64,000 nt of DNA from Candidatus Omnitrophota bacterium (GCA_043823745.1 JBDRAN010000002.1:6296-70295); one strand, 5' to 3'. Counted from the stretch's first letter, positions 29,172 to 39,054 are shown. Notes: generated from the letters alone by a model not told the origin. Made by a program: numbers and translations.

Positions 29172-30803
29172 ATGAATATCTTTTTTATACTTAGCCTGCT
29201 TATTGCAATCACTAGTTTAGGATTATCTTTTTTTCTGCTGTCTAAAACATGGCAAAAACCGGTCAATAGAGTTTTTGGCCTTTTTGCTATCAGTATAGGA
29301 GTTTGGGGTTTAGGCGGGAGTGTCATATCTATTATCCCTAAAGCTAATTATCAATTAGCTCAGTTTTGGTGGCAAATTGCTTACACCGGTATAATTCTTA
29401 TACCTGTACTTTATGCACGGTTTATTTTTGAATTCCTCGATCTGAAGAGGAAATTTTTTATTCGTACCATGTATCTAATAGGATTAATTTTCTTATTGCT
29501 AAATTGGTTCGATGGATCAAGATTTTTCTTAGGTGATTTAAAATTTATGTTTGGTCAATTCTATTGGCATGACTGGATTGAATCAAAAAGTATAAGTTAT
29601 ATTATTTTTTATCTAAGTTTTTATTGGTGTCTTCTGAGTTATCCTTTCTTGCTTTTATTATTAAATTTCAAAAAAACAACGGGATTGCGACGCGAACAAA
29701 CGAAATATATTATTTTCGGATCTATATTTGGCTGGTTGGGGGGCGAATCAAATTTTCTGCCCGATTTTGGTATCAACATTTACCCCTTTCTCAACTTACT
29801 TACGCCTTTTTACACATTGATTGTTGCCTACGCCATCCTCAAGCATCGCCTCATGGACATAGACATCGTTATTAAGAGAACAACCGTTTACTCAATTCTG
29901 GTCTCCTTAATTACTATTCTCTATTTTACAATTATTTACATCACAGAATTACTCTTTCGACGGTTTGTTGGCTATAAATCAATACCCATGGCATTGGGTT
30001 TTATTTCTCTTTTTACTTTGATATTCCAACCTCTGAAGAATTTTATCCAGTCCTTTATAGACAAATATTTCTTCAAAGGCTCGCAAGCTACCCTAGCAGA
30101 AGAACTCCAAAAAGCGCAGGAAGAGCTAAAAAGGGCTGAACGTCTAAAGGCAGTAGGCACTCTTGCTGCCGGTATGGCGCACGAGATAAAAAATCCGTTA
30201 ACAGGGATTATGACATTTACGGAGTATCTGCCTACCAAGTATACGGACCCTGCTTTTATAGAAAAATTCCATAAAATAGTTTCTACGGAAGTAAATAAGA
30301 TAAACTCAATTGTCGAACAGCTCTTAGATTTCTCTAAACCAAAACCACTGAAATTACAAGAAGCTAATATACACAATATCATAGATCAGACACTTTCTCT
30401 GCTTAATAATGACATCATTAAGTACAAAATCAATGTGAGCAGAAATTACGACAACACCTTTCCTATGCTGCATATAGACCCTAACCAAATACAACAGGTA
30501 TTTTGTAATTTTTTCCTTAATGCCATTGACGCTTTAAAAGAAGGGGGTGAATTGACCATTGCTACCCAACAGCTACCAGATAATGCTGAAATCACTATCA
30601 GCGACACCGGCCAAGGTATCCCTAAGAAAGATTTAGAACATATCTTTGACCCATTTTATACTACAAAAGAGACAGGGACAGGCTTGGGGATGTCGATTAT
30701 TTACGGAATAATTAAAGAACATAAAGGCATTATTGGTGTAGAAAGTGAGGTAAATAAAGGAACGACGTTTACGATAAAATTACCTTATTGTATCAATTTT
30801 TGA
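29172..30803 (+). CDS. membrane sensor histidine kinase, N-terminal 7TM (HisKA_7TM-like)
   Basis: Multi-TM N-terminus ending YAILKHRLMDI; H-box MAHEIKNPL; NFFLNAIDA, DTGQGI, FYTTK, GTGLG. Confidence 0.93.
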   Translation: MNIFFILSLLIAITSLGLSFFLLSKTWQKPVNRVFGLFAISIGVWGLGGSVISIIPKANYQLAQFWWQIAYTGIILIPVLYARFIFEFLDLKRKFFIRTMYLIGLIFLLLNWFDGSRFFLGDLKFMFGQFYWHDWIESKSISYIIFYLSFYWCLLSYPFLLLLLNFKKTTGLRREQTKYIIFGSIFGWLGGESNFLPDFGINIYPFLNLLTPFYTLIVAYAILKHRLMDIDIVIKRTTVYSILVSLITILYFTIIYITELLFRRFVGYKSIPMALGFISLFTLIFQPLKNFIQSFIDKYFFKGSQATLAEELQKAQEELKRAERLKAVGTLAAGMAHEIKNPLTGIMTFTEYLPTKYTDPAFIEKFHKIVSTEVNKINSIVEQLLDFSKPKPLKLQEANIHNIIDQTLSLLNNDIIKYKINVSRNYDNTFPMLHIDPNQIQQVFCNFFLNAIDALKEGGELTIATQQLPDNAEITISDTGQGIPKKDLEHIFDPFYTTKETGTGLGMSIIYGIIKEHKGIIGVESEVNKGTTFTIKLPYCINF

Positions 30804-30902
30804 TACAAGAGGTTAATTCTATTCCATACGTATACGTACAATCAATAAATGGCGATTCTACTAGAATCGCTCTTTGACTTTTTTGACACAGTGACGCAGA
30901 CG

Positions 30903-30997
30903 GGAAAAAAGCGAAAAACTCATAATTTCATGATATAATCAACAAAATGGGTTTATCCGGCCTCATAAACGCAATAATCAAAACATTCATCATAAAA
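30903..30997 (+). repeat. direct repeat copy 2, including an extended -10 (TGATATAAT) 7 nt before the ATG
   Basis: See copy 1; the spacing implies a leaderless transcript. Confidence 0.9.
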
Positions 30998-32095
30998 TTA
31001 TTGCCTCGGTTTATCCTTCGGAAATTAGGCTACAATCGAGGAATCGCTTTTATTGCTAATCTTCCTAATACGGCTTCCGTGCCTCTTTCCGTACCTTTCA
31101 GAAAGCTGGTAATCGCAATAATGCGGCAACTTTCGCCGGTTGTTGTTTCTCCCCTAGGTGGTTTTAAGAATAAAGATGGGGCGGAGGTCAAGGGGTGGGT
31201 AATCCTTTGTCTGCTCACTGCCGCCGAAATTCTAACGCATGCAGATTTCGCAAGAAAACGAGTCGTGCAGGCCGCTTGCTTGGCAGAACGCATGGGCGTG
31301 GATATTATAACATTAGGCGCTTTTACCTCGATTGTAACGCATGACGGTTTGGACTTAATAGGTAAAACAAAAGTTGGGATTACAACCGGCAATCCATACT
31401 CCGCAATCGTGGCAATTCAAAATATGCGAGAGGCTGCTCGGTTGGTAAATTTAGACATTATCAATGCAACGGTCGCAATCGTCGGTGCTGCTGGGTCTGT
31501 TGGATCAGGTTGTGCTCAGTTTCTGTTAGGAAAGGTAAAAAAGTTTTTGCTTATAGATTGGCAATATAATGCTTTGCGCGAGTTATATGATACGATTAAT
31601 CCAAAATCTACTAGTGTTGAAATGTTAAAAGATGTTCAGGGTATTGCTGCGGCTGATATTGTTATTCTTGTCACAAGTTCTGTCACCGGAATTATCGGAA
31701 AAGACTTATTAAAACCAGGCGCAATAGTAATAGACGGCGCAAATCCCCCCAATATTTCTAATGAAACGCTAAAATCAAGAAGTGATATTCTTGTGATTTC
31801 TTCCGCAATCGTAAAGGTGCCCGGTTTGCGTCATCCTTTTAATTTTAATCTGGGCTCAGGGGAAACATTCGGCTGTGTCGGTGAAGCTTTTGCTCTTGCC
31901 TGGACAAAGCATAAAGGTAATTATGCATTAGGTAAGGTTAGCGTACAACAGATGCAAGATATTGAAAGTATCGCCAGCGACGCAGGCTTTACCATCGCTC
32001 CGTTTCGTAATTCTCTTGGCTTAATTTCCAAAGAACAGATTGCTCATGTCCGTAACATAATACATTCTAATTATTTGAATACTGCGATAAAATAG
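30947..32095 (+). CDS. long-chain acyl-ACP reductase-like NAD(P)-dependent dehydrogenase
   Basis: LGAFTSIV, TTGN, ATVAIVGAAGSVG and FGCVGEA match, from memory, cyanobacterial AAR motifs LGGFTSII, TTGNT, ATVAVVGATGDIG, FACFAEA. Confidence 0.75.
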   Translation: MGLSGLINAIIKTFIIKLLPRFILRKLGYNRGIAFIANLPNTASVPLSVPFRKLVIAIMRQLSPVVVSPLGGFKNKDGAEVKGWVILCLLTAAEILTHADFARKRVVQAACLAERMGVDIITLGAFTSIVTHDGLDLIGKTKVGITTGNPYSAIVAIQNMREAARLVNLDIINATVAIVGAAGSVGSGCAQFLLGKVKKFLLIDWQYNALRELYDTINPKSTSVEMLKDVQGIAAADIVILVTSSVTGIIGKDLLKPGAIVIDGANPPNISNETLKSRSDILVISSAIVKVPGLRHPFNFNLGSGETFGCVGEAFALAWTKHKGNYALGKVSVQQMQDIESIASDAGFTIAPFRNSLGLISKEQIAHVRNIIHSNYLNTAIK

Positions 32096-32117
32096 GCTTT
32101 ATAACCAAAAATAAAAC

Positions 32118-33194
32118 ATGCCTGCAAGAAAAAAACAATCAATAAACACAATAGTAGAAAAGATCGGTGAGAGTAAAAAACGAAAAATAATAATCGATTT
32201 TTTCTCTAAAGATATAGAAAATTTTGACCAGAGCATAAAGAATCTAGAGAAAAAAACACCCCTCAAGTCTTTCCCTAATAACAAAATTTGCTTATATGTT
32301 TTCCGACTTATGAATAAGTTATTAGATAAGGCACGAGTAATTGAAGAAATAATTAGCGATAAAACGCTTTTAAAAGCGATAAAGCAAGCGTTTAGAGAAC
32401 AAATAGAATATTTTCTTGGCAAGAGCACGTTAATGCGTTGGGGGTATTATAAACCCTCCGGGCATCCCGGCGACTATGAATTAATAGAAGCATTTTATGA
32501 TAATATGCCTCTTTCCAAAGGCATAGGTTTTTGTGGTGACAAATATATTCTTCAAGACGGCTATGTAGAAGCAGTTAAAATCAGAAAAGATTTGATGCTG
32601 CAAAAACTGGCTTCTTTTATAAAGGATAATACATCAAAACATCTAAATATTATGAATCTTGGGTGCGGATCAAGCAGGGAAATACGAGAGTTGTTTTCTA
32701 CTGCTCATGTCTTAATTCCTCGCGACAAAAGAATAACATTTACCTTAATTGATTGGGACGAAAAAGCTCTAGAGTTTTCAAAGCAATCGTTATTAAAATA
32801 TCGAAGTAACGATGCTATTGAATTCATATTTTTTAAGATAAACGTGCTCGATTTATATAAAAATTCTTCTCAATATACAAAAGCCCTGATGAAGCAGGAT
32901 TTGATTTATAGTATTGGTTTGGCAGATTATATGCCAAATTTAGTTTTTGGCGAAATAATAAAATTTTGTTTTAGTTTATTAAAAAAGAAAGGTACTCTAA
33001 CTATAGCGCACAAAAATATTAAAGTGCATAAAAGTGTTGCTTCCGATTGGGCATGCGATTGGCATTTTTATCCTCGCAGTATCGAGGATGTAATTAAAAT
33101 TATTGACGAAAGTTTTGAAGACCATAAACGTAAAGTAGAAACTGTCAGTGAAAAAACAAAGCATATTTTTTTCGTGGATATAAGTAAACCATGA
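32118..33194 (+). CDS. class I SAM-dependent methyltransferase, PhcB-like
   Basis: KPSGHPGDYELI (KPxGYAGDY-type), NLGCGSSRE, IDWDEKAL, DLIYSIGLADY. Confidence 0.8.
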   Translation: MPARKKQSINTIVEKIGESKKRKIIIDFFSKDIENFDQSIKNLEKKTPLKSFPNNKICLYVFRLMNKLLDKARVIEEIISDKTLLKAIKQAFREQIEYFLGKSTLMRWGYYKPSGHPGDYELIEAFYDNMPLSKGIGFCGDKYILQDGYVEAVKIRKDLMLQKLASFIKDNTSKHLNIMNLGCGSSREIRELFSTAHVLIPRDKRITFTLIDWDEKALEFSKQSLLKYRSNDAIEFIFFKINVLDLYKNSSQYTKALMKQDLIYSIGLADYMPNLVFGEIIKFCFSLLKKKGTLTIAHKNIKVHKSVASDWACDWHFYPRSIEDVIKIIDESFEDHKRKVETVSEKTKHIFFVDISKP

Positions 33195-35260
33195 AGTCAA
33201 ATTTTTATTTTGTGTCACATTTAGCCGCAGCATTACTTGTTCTGTTTTTTTCATTCTTTGTTTTTATAAAAAATAAAAAATCAAAAGTTAATCTTAGTTT
33301 TTCAATATTTGGATCAACAATTTTTAGCTGGCTTTTATTTTCTTCTTTTGCAGCTATTTCCGCCGAAAAAGAGATGAATCTTTTTTGGTTCAAAATGAGT
33401 TATATGGGTATTATTCTTATACCGCATACTTTCTTGTATTTTGTATCGTGCGTAACAGAAAAAAAGAATACTTTTATTATATTTTTCAGTTGGCTCTATG
33501 CCTTTAGTTTCATTCTATTGTTATGGTTTACTAATTTATTTATAGTCGGTATTTATGAATATCCTTGGGGGGTTTATCCTCGTGCTTTTCCAATCTCACA
33601 CCTTCTATTTTTATCATCATTTATTATTTTGTTTGTATGCGCAATCCGTGCTTTAATCTCGAGAGTGATTGAAAAAGCTAATGTTACTACAGAAAAATTA
33701 AGAGCCACTTATATACTTATGGGAACTTTATTCGGAGTTTGCGGAAGTGTAGATTTTTTAGCTAACTATGGGATAAACTTTTATCCTTCTGGCTTCATTT
33801 TTATGATACTTTATCCTTCGATTCTAAGTTATGCCATCCTCAAATACCGCTTAATGGATATTCGCGTTGCTTTAACCCGCGCGGGAATTTTCATTGCTGT
33901 TTATACGTTTGTTTTAGGCATCCCGCTTTTAATTGGTTTCAAAACAGATAAATGGCTCTGGGCGATGCTTTTAATGGGCGTTCTTTCAAGCGTAGGGCCG
34001 TTTGTGTATAGCTATTTACGCCAACAGATTGAAAATGCGATCTTTAAGGAACAACAAAGATATCAGCAAGCCATCAAAGAATTAGCTAAACGGATGGTAC
34101 AGATAAGAGACATGGCCACTTTGTCTAAGACGATTATTTCCGATGTGTTCAAAGTCGCGCAACCGGAATTTATTGTCCTGTACATATTTTCCAAAGATAG
34201 TAAATCATACGTACTCCAGGACAACAGTATAAAAAATAATTCTACGTTTGAGACAGACATTTCAGCGGATTCAATACTCGTAGAGAATTTATCCCGTAAC
34301 AAACGGCCGGTGATTCTTGAGAGCGGTTTTTCCTTAGATTTACCGCTGGAAACGCTTATTGTGCCTTTCTTCGCGGAAAGCAGCCTCTATGGCATAATGT
34401 TTATCGGTCCTAAGCCGAAAAAGGCTGTTTATATAGAATCAGATTTCATTGCTTTTGATATTCTTTCTTCTCAGGCGTCCTTAGCCATCGAAAATTGTCT
34501 CTTCTGGCAGGAGGAAAAAACTCGAATAGCAAAAGAAGAGCAGATAAAACGAATGCAGGCCATGGATCATTTCTCTGCGGCCATGGCTCATGAAATAGAC
34601 AATCCCATCACTGCAATAGCCGGGCAATTGCGTTTGATAGAGCTTATCCTTAGCGAAAAATTTAAAGACTTGATTCCTGCCCAAGACTTAGCTGAATTAA
34701 CTACTTATGCCGGTACAACGGTAACTAATCTTGGAAGAATATCGAAAATGATAAAGGCAGTAAGGGAATTTTCCAGGCAAGATACGGGCGAATTTTCGCT
34801 TTTATCAGTGGAGGAGGCTGTCGATTTTACTTTAGCGATAGTTGGGCCGCAGGTCAAATACAAAAAAGTATCTTTCACCAAAGAAATAGAAGATAACCTT
34901 TCTGTACGCGGCAACAGGATTTATCTGGCGGAAGCTTTGATGAACTTAATCGTCAATAGTATGCATGCGGTTCAAGATAAACCGGAGTGGCAGGGAAAAA
35001 TAGATTTAAAAGTTAAAAAAGCCGGTAGAGAAAAATGTCTTATTGAAATACGCGATAATGGTTATGGTATAAAAAAACATCTTCTTGAAAATATTTTCTT
35101 AGATTTTGTCAGCACTAAGGCTTCTTCTGAAGGAACGGGGATGGGGTTAGCTAGAGTAAGAAAAATAATCCAAATGCACAGCGGCAAAGTATGGGCGCAA
35201 AGTGAAGGCGCCGGTAAAGGGGCAACTTTTTTTATCGAACTTCCCTTGGCAGAGAAATAG
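33191..35260 (+). CDS. 7TM-GAF sensor histidine kinase
   Basis: Multi-TM region ending YAILKYRLMDI; GAF-like segment; MAHEIDNPI, NLIVNS, DNGYGI, GTGMGL. Confidence 0.93.
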   Translation: MKSNFYFVSHLAAALLVLFFSFFVFIKNKKSKVNLSFSIFGSTIFSWLLFSSFAAISAEKEMNLFWFKMSYMGIILIPHTFLYFVSCVTEKKNTFIIFFSWLYAFSFILLLWFTNLFIVGIYEYPWGVYPRAFPISHLLFLSSFIILFVCAIRALISRVIEKANVTTEKLRATYILMGTLFGVCGSVDFLANYGINFYPSGFIFMILYPSILSYAILKYRLMDIRVALTRAGIFIAVYTFVLGIPLLIGFKTDKWLWAMLLMGVLSSVGPFVYSYLRQQIENAIFKEQQRYQQAIKELAKRMVQIRDMATLSKTIISDVFKVAQPEFIVLYIFSKDSKSYVLQDNSIKNNSTFETDISADSILVENLSRNKRPVILESGFSLDLPLETLIVPFFAESSLYGIMFIGPKPKKAVYIESDFIAFDILSSQASLAIENCLFWQEEKTRIAKEEQIKRMQAMDHFSAAMAHEIDNPITAIAGQLRLIELILSEKFKDLIPAQDLAELTTYAGTTVTNLGRISKMIKAVREFSRQDTGEFSLLSVEEAVDFTLAIVGPQVKYKKVSFTKEIEDNLSVRGNRIYLAEALMNLIVNSMHAVQDKPEWQGKIDLKVKKAGREKCLIEIRDNGYGIKKHLLENIFLDFVSTKASSEGTGMGLARVRKIIQMHSGKVWAQSEGAGKGATFFIELPLAEK

Positions 35261-35275
35261 AAAGGAGGATTAATT

Positions 35276-35662
35276 ATGGAGAAGCGCAAGGTTCTTATAG
35301 TGGAGGATGAACAGGACATTTGCCAGTTTATGAAAAGGATGCTTGAATTAAAAGGATGCGAAGTTTTTACCGCTCTCACCGCGCAAGAAGGCTGGGAAAT
35401 TTTTCAAAGAGAAAAGCCCCAAGCTTGCTCTATCGATATTCTTCTTTCCCATTCAGAATTTGACGGCACAGAACTTTTAAGAAGAATAAGGCAAATAGAT
35501 AAAAACGTTTTGTGCGTAATGGTAACGCGTATCGATGACAAAAAAACTATGAATGAAGTGGAAGAACTAGGGATTGACGGAATTTTCATAAAACCTCCCG
35601 CGGCAGGAGAGCTGGATAATTTAATCGACCAGCTCGCGCATGGCAAAAGAAAGGAGGCATAA
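35276..35662 (+). CDS. single-domain response regulator
   Basis: VLIVEDE, phospho-acceptor Asp in SID, DG.ELL, VMVT, KP; AGGAGG SD. Confidence 0.93.
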   Translation: MEKRKVLIVEDEQDICQFMKRMLELKGCEVFTALTAQEGWEIFQREKPQACSIDILLSHSEFDGTELLRRIRQIDKNVLCVMVTRIDDKKTMNEVEELGIDGIFIKPPAAGELDNLIDQLAHGKRKEA

Positions 35663-35664
35663 CG

Positions 35665-36000
35665 ATGGCAAATCCATTACCAAATGAAGCTGAACTTTAT
35701 GCAAGAATGGAAAAAGAGCATATCAACGTGCATCCGCTTGTATGGGAATTCATTAATCATCATGTGAGAAATGATCTTAACTGGATTACGATGTGCATAG
35801 GTTTGCATCGTTCAACGCCGCGCTGGATACTGCGGCTTGCTTCTTCTCTTATCAGCCTCTTATACAAAATCTCCCGTCAACCGGGAGAGCCGCCCCCTGA
35901 TCTTTTGAGCGCTTTTAACGGCACTATTGAGAGAGTAAAAAATATCGACAGATTTTTAAAAAATTTGCGAGAGAAAACCTGTCCTGCTTACGATCTTTAA
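35665..36000 (+). CDS. small helical protein with an H-box-like motif (putative phosphotransfer protein)
   Basis: INHHVRNDL resembles the HisKA H-box; no ATPase domain; AGGAGG SD. Confidence 0.55.
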   Translation: MANPLPNEAELYARMEKEHINVHPLVWEFINHHVRNDLNWITMCIGLHRSTPRWILRLASSLISLLYKISRQPGEPPPDLLSAFNGTIERVKNIDRFLKNLREKTCPAYDL

Positions 36001-36010
36001 TAAGGCAATT

Positions 36011-36037
36011 CCCCGCAGCTTGCTGCGCGGTAGTTCA
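36011..36037. repeat. IS200/IS605-end-like hairpin at the island border
   Basis: CCCCGCAGCTTGCTGCGCGG followed by TAGTTCA; no transposase nearby. Confidence 0.45.
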
Positions 36038-36069
36038 TTTGGTGCTTTACGATTCTGATCCTGACCCAC

Positions 36070-36097
36070 TTGACACCTGTTAAAAGGATGTTAGACT
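36070..36097 (+). promoter_or_regulatory. sigma70 promoter of the HU gene, probably leaderless
   Basis: TTGACA-16nt-TAGACT with TG extension; ATG 7 nt downstream. Confidence 0.7.
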
Positions 36098-36103
36098 ACA
36101 TTC

Positions 36104-36376
36104 ATGCGAAAACGCGATATTGTATTAAAAATCAGCCAGGATACGGGTATAAAACAGGTTGTCGTTAAAGATGTAGTGCAACGCACGTTTGATACTATTT
36201 TTGAGACGCTTAAGAACGGGAATCGTATTGAGCTGCGAAATTTCGGTGTTTTCCTTGTTAAGAAAAGAAAGAAACGCATCGGTAGAAACCCTAAAACCGG
36301 CGCGGTCGTGCCCGTCCCTGAGAGACTCACCGTTGTATTCAAGCCTGGCCTGGGAATGAAGAAGGTCTTTAGATAA
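36104..36376 (+). CDS. HU/IHF family DNA-binding protein
   Basis: IELRNFGVF, R.GRNPKTG, FKPG. Confidence 0.95.
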   Translation: MRKRDIVLKISQDTGIKQVVVKDVVQRTFDTIFETLKNGNRIELRNFGVFLVKKRKKRIGRNPKTGAVVPVPERLTVVFKPGLGMKKVFR

Positions 36377-36388
36377 CCCCACTGGTTC

Positions 36389-37675
36389 ATGAAAAAAACA
36401 TATAGTGGCGTACGGGGAACGACTGATTTTGCTCCACCAGCGGCAGCATTGTTTAGCGAAATATGCGTCCGCGCCCGAGCGATAGGTAACCTTTTCGGCT
36501 ACGAAGAGATTATATTGCCTGTTCTTGAAGAAGAGGGAGTTTTTAGCCGCGGCGTAGGGCAAACCAGCGACATCGTTGAAAAGCAGATGTTTAGGCTCGC
36601 GCGGCGTTCCGAAGAAGCATCAGGCGACATTGTGTTGCGGCCGGAAGGAACTGCGCAGGTAGTGCGATTCTATCTTGAGAACGCCCTCAACAAACAAAGC
36701 GACTTTTATAAGTTTTTTTATATCGGTCCGATGTTTCGCGGAGAGCGGCCGCAAAAAGGAAGGCTGCGTCAGTTTCATCATATCGGCGCCGAGGCTATCG
36801 GTTCAGACAGCGTGCATCTTGACGCGGAAATGATTATGCTGGCATTCGCCATACTTGAGGCGGCGGGAGTAAGAGACAAAGAACTCGTTGTCAATACCTT
36901 AGGGTGCGCTGCCGATAAAGAAAGATTTTCTCAGGCGCTTACGAACGATTTGCGTACGCATCAGGCTGCGTTATGTCCCGACTGCGGCCGGCGCCTTTCC
37001 AAAAACCCCTTGCGGGTTCTTGATTGTAAACAGGATCAATGCAAGCGCCTTGTCTCAACGTTGGGGCTTTCCGATAAGCATCTGTGTGAAGATTGTAAAC
37101 GGCAATTTAAGCTGTTGCGTGAACTTCTTGACGCATTGGCGATACCGTACCGGCATAATCCCCATTTAGTGCGCGGCCTTGATTACTATACGAATACGGT
37201 ATTTGAAATTACCTCAAAACGTTTGGGCGCGCAAGATGCGATCGGCGCCGGCGGCCGCTATAATAATTTAATCAGCCAATTGGGCGGCCCCGATGTTCCG
37301 GCGCTTGGCTTTGCGCTTGGTCTTGAGCGGGTGATATTGGCGCGCGAGGCGTCACAGGACGCCCGTGGTTTCGATGTTTTTGTTGTTTCGATCGGTGAAG
37401 CCGTGCGCGGCAAAGGGTTTAGCCTTTTGGGGGCAGTACGAGCCGCAGGTATTGCCGCGGATATGGATTATTGCGCGAAGTCGCTTAAAGCGCAAATGCG
37501 TTGCGCGACGCGCCGCGGCGCGCGTTTCGTGGTAATTATCGGCGAGGAAGAACAGAGGGAGAACGTTGTTGTGATAAAGAATATGGAGGCGTCAACGCAA
37601 GAGAAAGTTTCACAGGATGATTTTGTTGAATTCTTGCGTCAACGTATTACCGTTACACCCAGGAGCGTTCTATGA
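36389..37675 (+). CDS. hisS: histidyl-tRNA synthetase
   Basis: [42 protein letters not shown]. Confidence 0.98.
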   Translation: MKKTYSGVRGTTDFAPPAAALFSEICVRARAIGNLFGYEEIILPVLEEEGVFSRGVGQTSDIVEKQMFRLARRSEEASGDIVLRPEGTAQVVRFYLENALNKQSDFYKFFYIGPMFRGERPQKGRLRQFHHIGAEAIGSDSVHLDAEMIMLAFAILEAAGVRDKELVVNTLGCAADKERFSQALTNDLRTHQAALCPDCGRRLSKNPLRVLDCKQDQCKRLVSTLGLSDKHLCEDCKRQFKLLRELLDALAIPYRHNPHLVRGLDYYTNTVFEITSKRLGAQDAIGAGGRYNNLISQLGGPDVPALGFALGLERVILAREASQDARGFDVFVVSIGEAVRGKGFSLLGAVRAAGIAADMDYCAKSLKAQMRCATRRGARFVVIIGEEEQRENVVVIKNMEASTQEKVSQDDFVEFLRQRITVTPRSVL

Positions 37676-39054
37676 TGCGAACGCACACATGTGGAGAATT
37701 GTCGGCCGGTGACATCGGCAAAGAGGTTATCATCTGCGGTTGGGTTGCGAGTCGTCGCGATCACGGAAAAATAATTTTTATTGATATCCGTGATCGTTAC
37801 GGTATCACGCAGGTTGTTTTTTTCCCGAAACCCGATCCGGTCGTGTACGAACAGGCAAAAAAGTTGGGCAGCGAATTTGTGATACGCGTGCGCGGTACGG
37901 TCAACACGCGGCCCAAGGGAACCGAGAACCCGAAGCTTAGCACCGGTTTTATCGAAGTGGGAGCGGCTGAGTTAACCATACTTAATACGAGCGCGGAACT
38001 TGCGTTTGTTATTGATGACGAGATCGAAGCGGGTGAGGAGACGCGTCTGGTGCATCGCTATCTTGACCTGCGCAGAAAAAAGATGCTTGATAAAATGGTA
38101 TTGCGTCATCAGTTTAATCAGGCTTTACGCGCCTGCCTCGATAAACAGAAATTTCTTGAAATCGAGACCCCGTTTCTTACGAAGTCAACTCCCGAGGGCT
38201 CACGCGATTATTTAGTCCCCTCAAGGCTTAACCCGAATAAATTCTACGCTCTTCCGCAATCCCCGCAGCTTTTTAAACAGATATTGATGGTCGGAGGAAT
38301 CGATCGTTATTACCAGCTGGTACGTTGTTTTCGCGATGAAGACTTACGCCGGGACCGCCAGCCCGAATTTACACAGCTCGATATCGAGATGTCCTTTGTT
38401 GATGAGAATGATGTGATGAGCCTTGCCGAGGGCCTTATCGCGGCCGCCTTTGGCCAGGTGCTGGGCATCGAAATTAAAACACCATTTATTCGCATTCCTT
38501 ACAAAGAGGCGATGGAAAAATACGGGTCTGATAAACCTGACGTCGGCCAGGGGGAGTATCGATTCTCGTGGGTCGTTGACTTTCCACTTTTTGAATACAA
38601 TGACGACGAGAAACGCTGGCAGGCGTGTCATCATCCGTTTACCGCGCCTCAATCCGATGACGTCGGGCTTCTCGATGGTGATGTTTCAGTGGTTCGTGCG
38701 CGAGCGTATGATCTTGTTTTAAATGGTCAGGAAATTGCCGGCGGTTCGGTAAGAATACATTCTCAAGAGATGCAGGAAAAAATTTTTCAGATTCTGGGTA
38801 TCAGCGCAGAAGATGCGCAGAAGAAATTCGGGTTCCTGCTGCGCGCGTTTACCTACGGTGCGCCGCCGCATGCGGGTATTGCATTTGGCCTTGATCGTCT
38901 GTACGCGATTATTACCGGATCTGAAAGCATCCGTGACGTGATCGCGTTCCCGAAGACCCAAAAAGGAGTTTGCCCTCTCACGGAAGCGCCATCGGCAGTG
39001 GATGACGCGCAATTACGAGAGCTTTATTTGAAGTTGGTGGAAGAGAAGAAATAA
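37672..39054 (+). CDS. aspS: aspartyl-tRNA synthetase, probably non-discriminating, lacking the GAD domain
   Basis: [42 protein letters not shown]; YGSDKPD joined directly to WVVDFP; 460 aa. Confidence 0.96.
   Translation: MMRTHTCGELSAGDIGKEVIICGWVASRRDHGKIIFIDIRDRYGITQVVFFPKPDPVVYEQAKKLGSEFVIRVRGTVNTRPKGTENPKLSTGFIEVGAAELTILNTSAELAFVIDDEIEAGEETRLVHRYLDLRRKKMLDKMVLRHQFNQALRACLDKQKFLEIETPFLTKSTPEGSRDYLVPSRLNPNKFYALPQSPQLFKQILMVGGIDRYYQLVRCFRDEDLRRDRQPEFTQLDIEMSFVDENDVMSLAEGLIAAAFGQVLGIEIKTPFIRIPYKEAMEKYGSDKPDVGQGEYRFSWVVDFPLFEYNDDEKRWQACHHPFTAPQSDDVGLLDGDVSVVRARAYDLVLNGQEIAGGSVRIHSQEMQEKIFQILGISAEDAQKKFGFLLRAFTYGAPPHAGIAFGLDRLYAIITGSESIRDVIAFPKTQKGVCPLTEAPSAVDDAQLRELYLKLVEEKK

Noticed and set aside
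27683-36100. Signalling island as a prophage or ICE
   Set aside because: No integrase, relaxase, phage structural gene or tRNA at the borders
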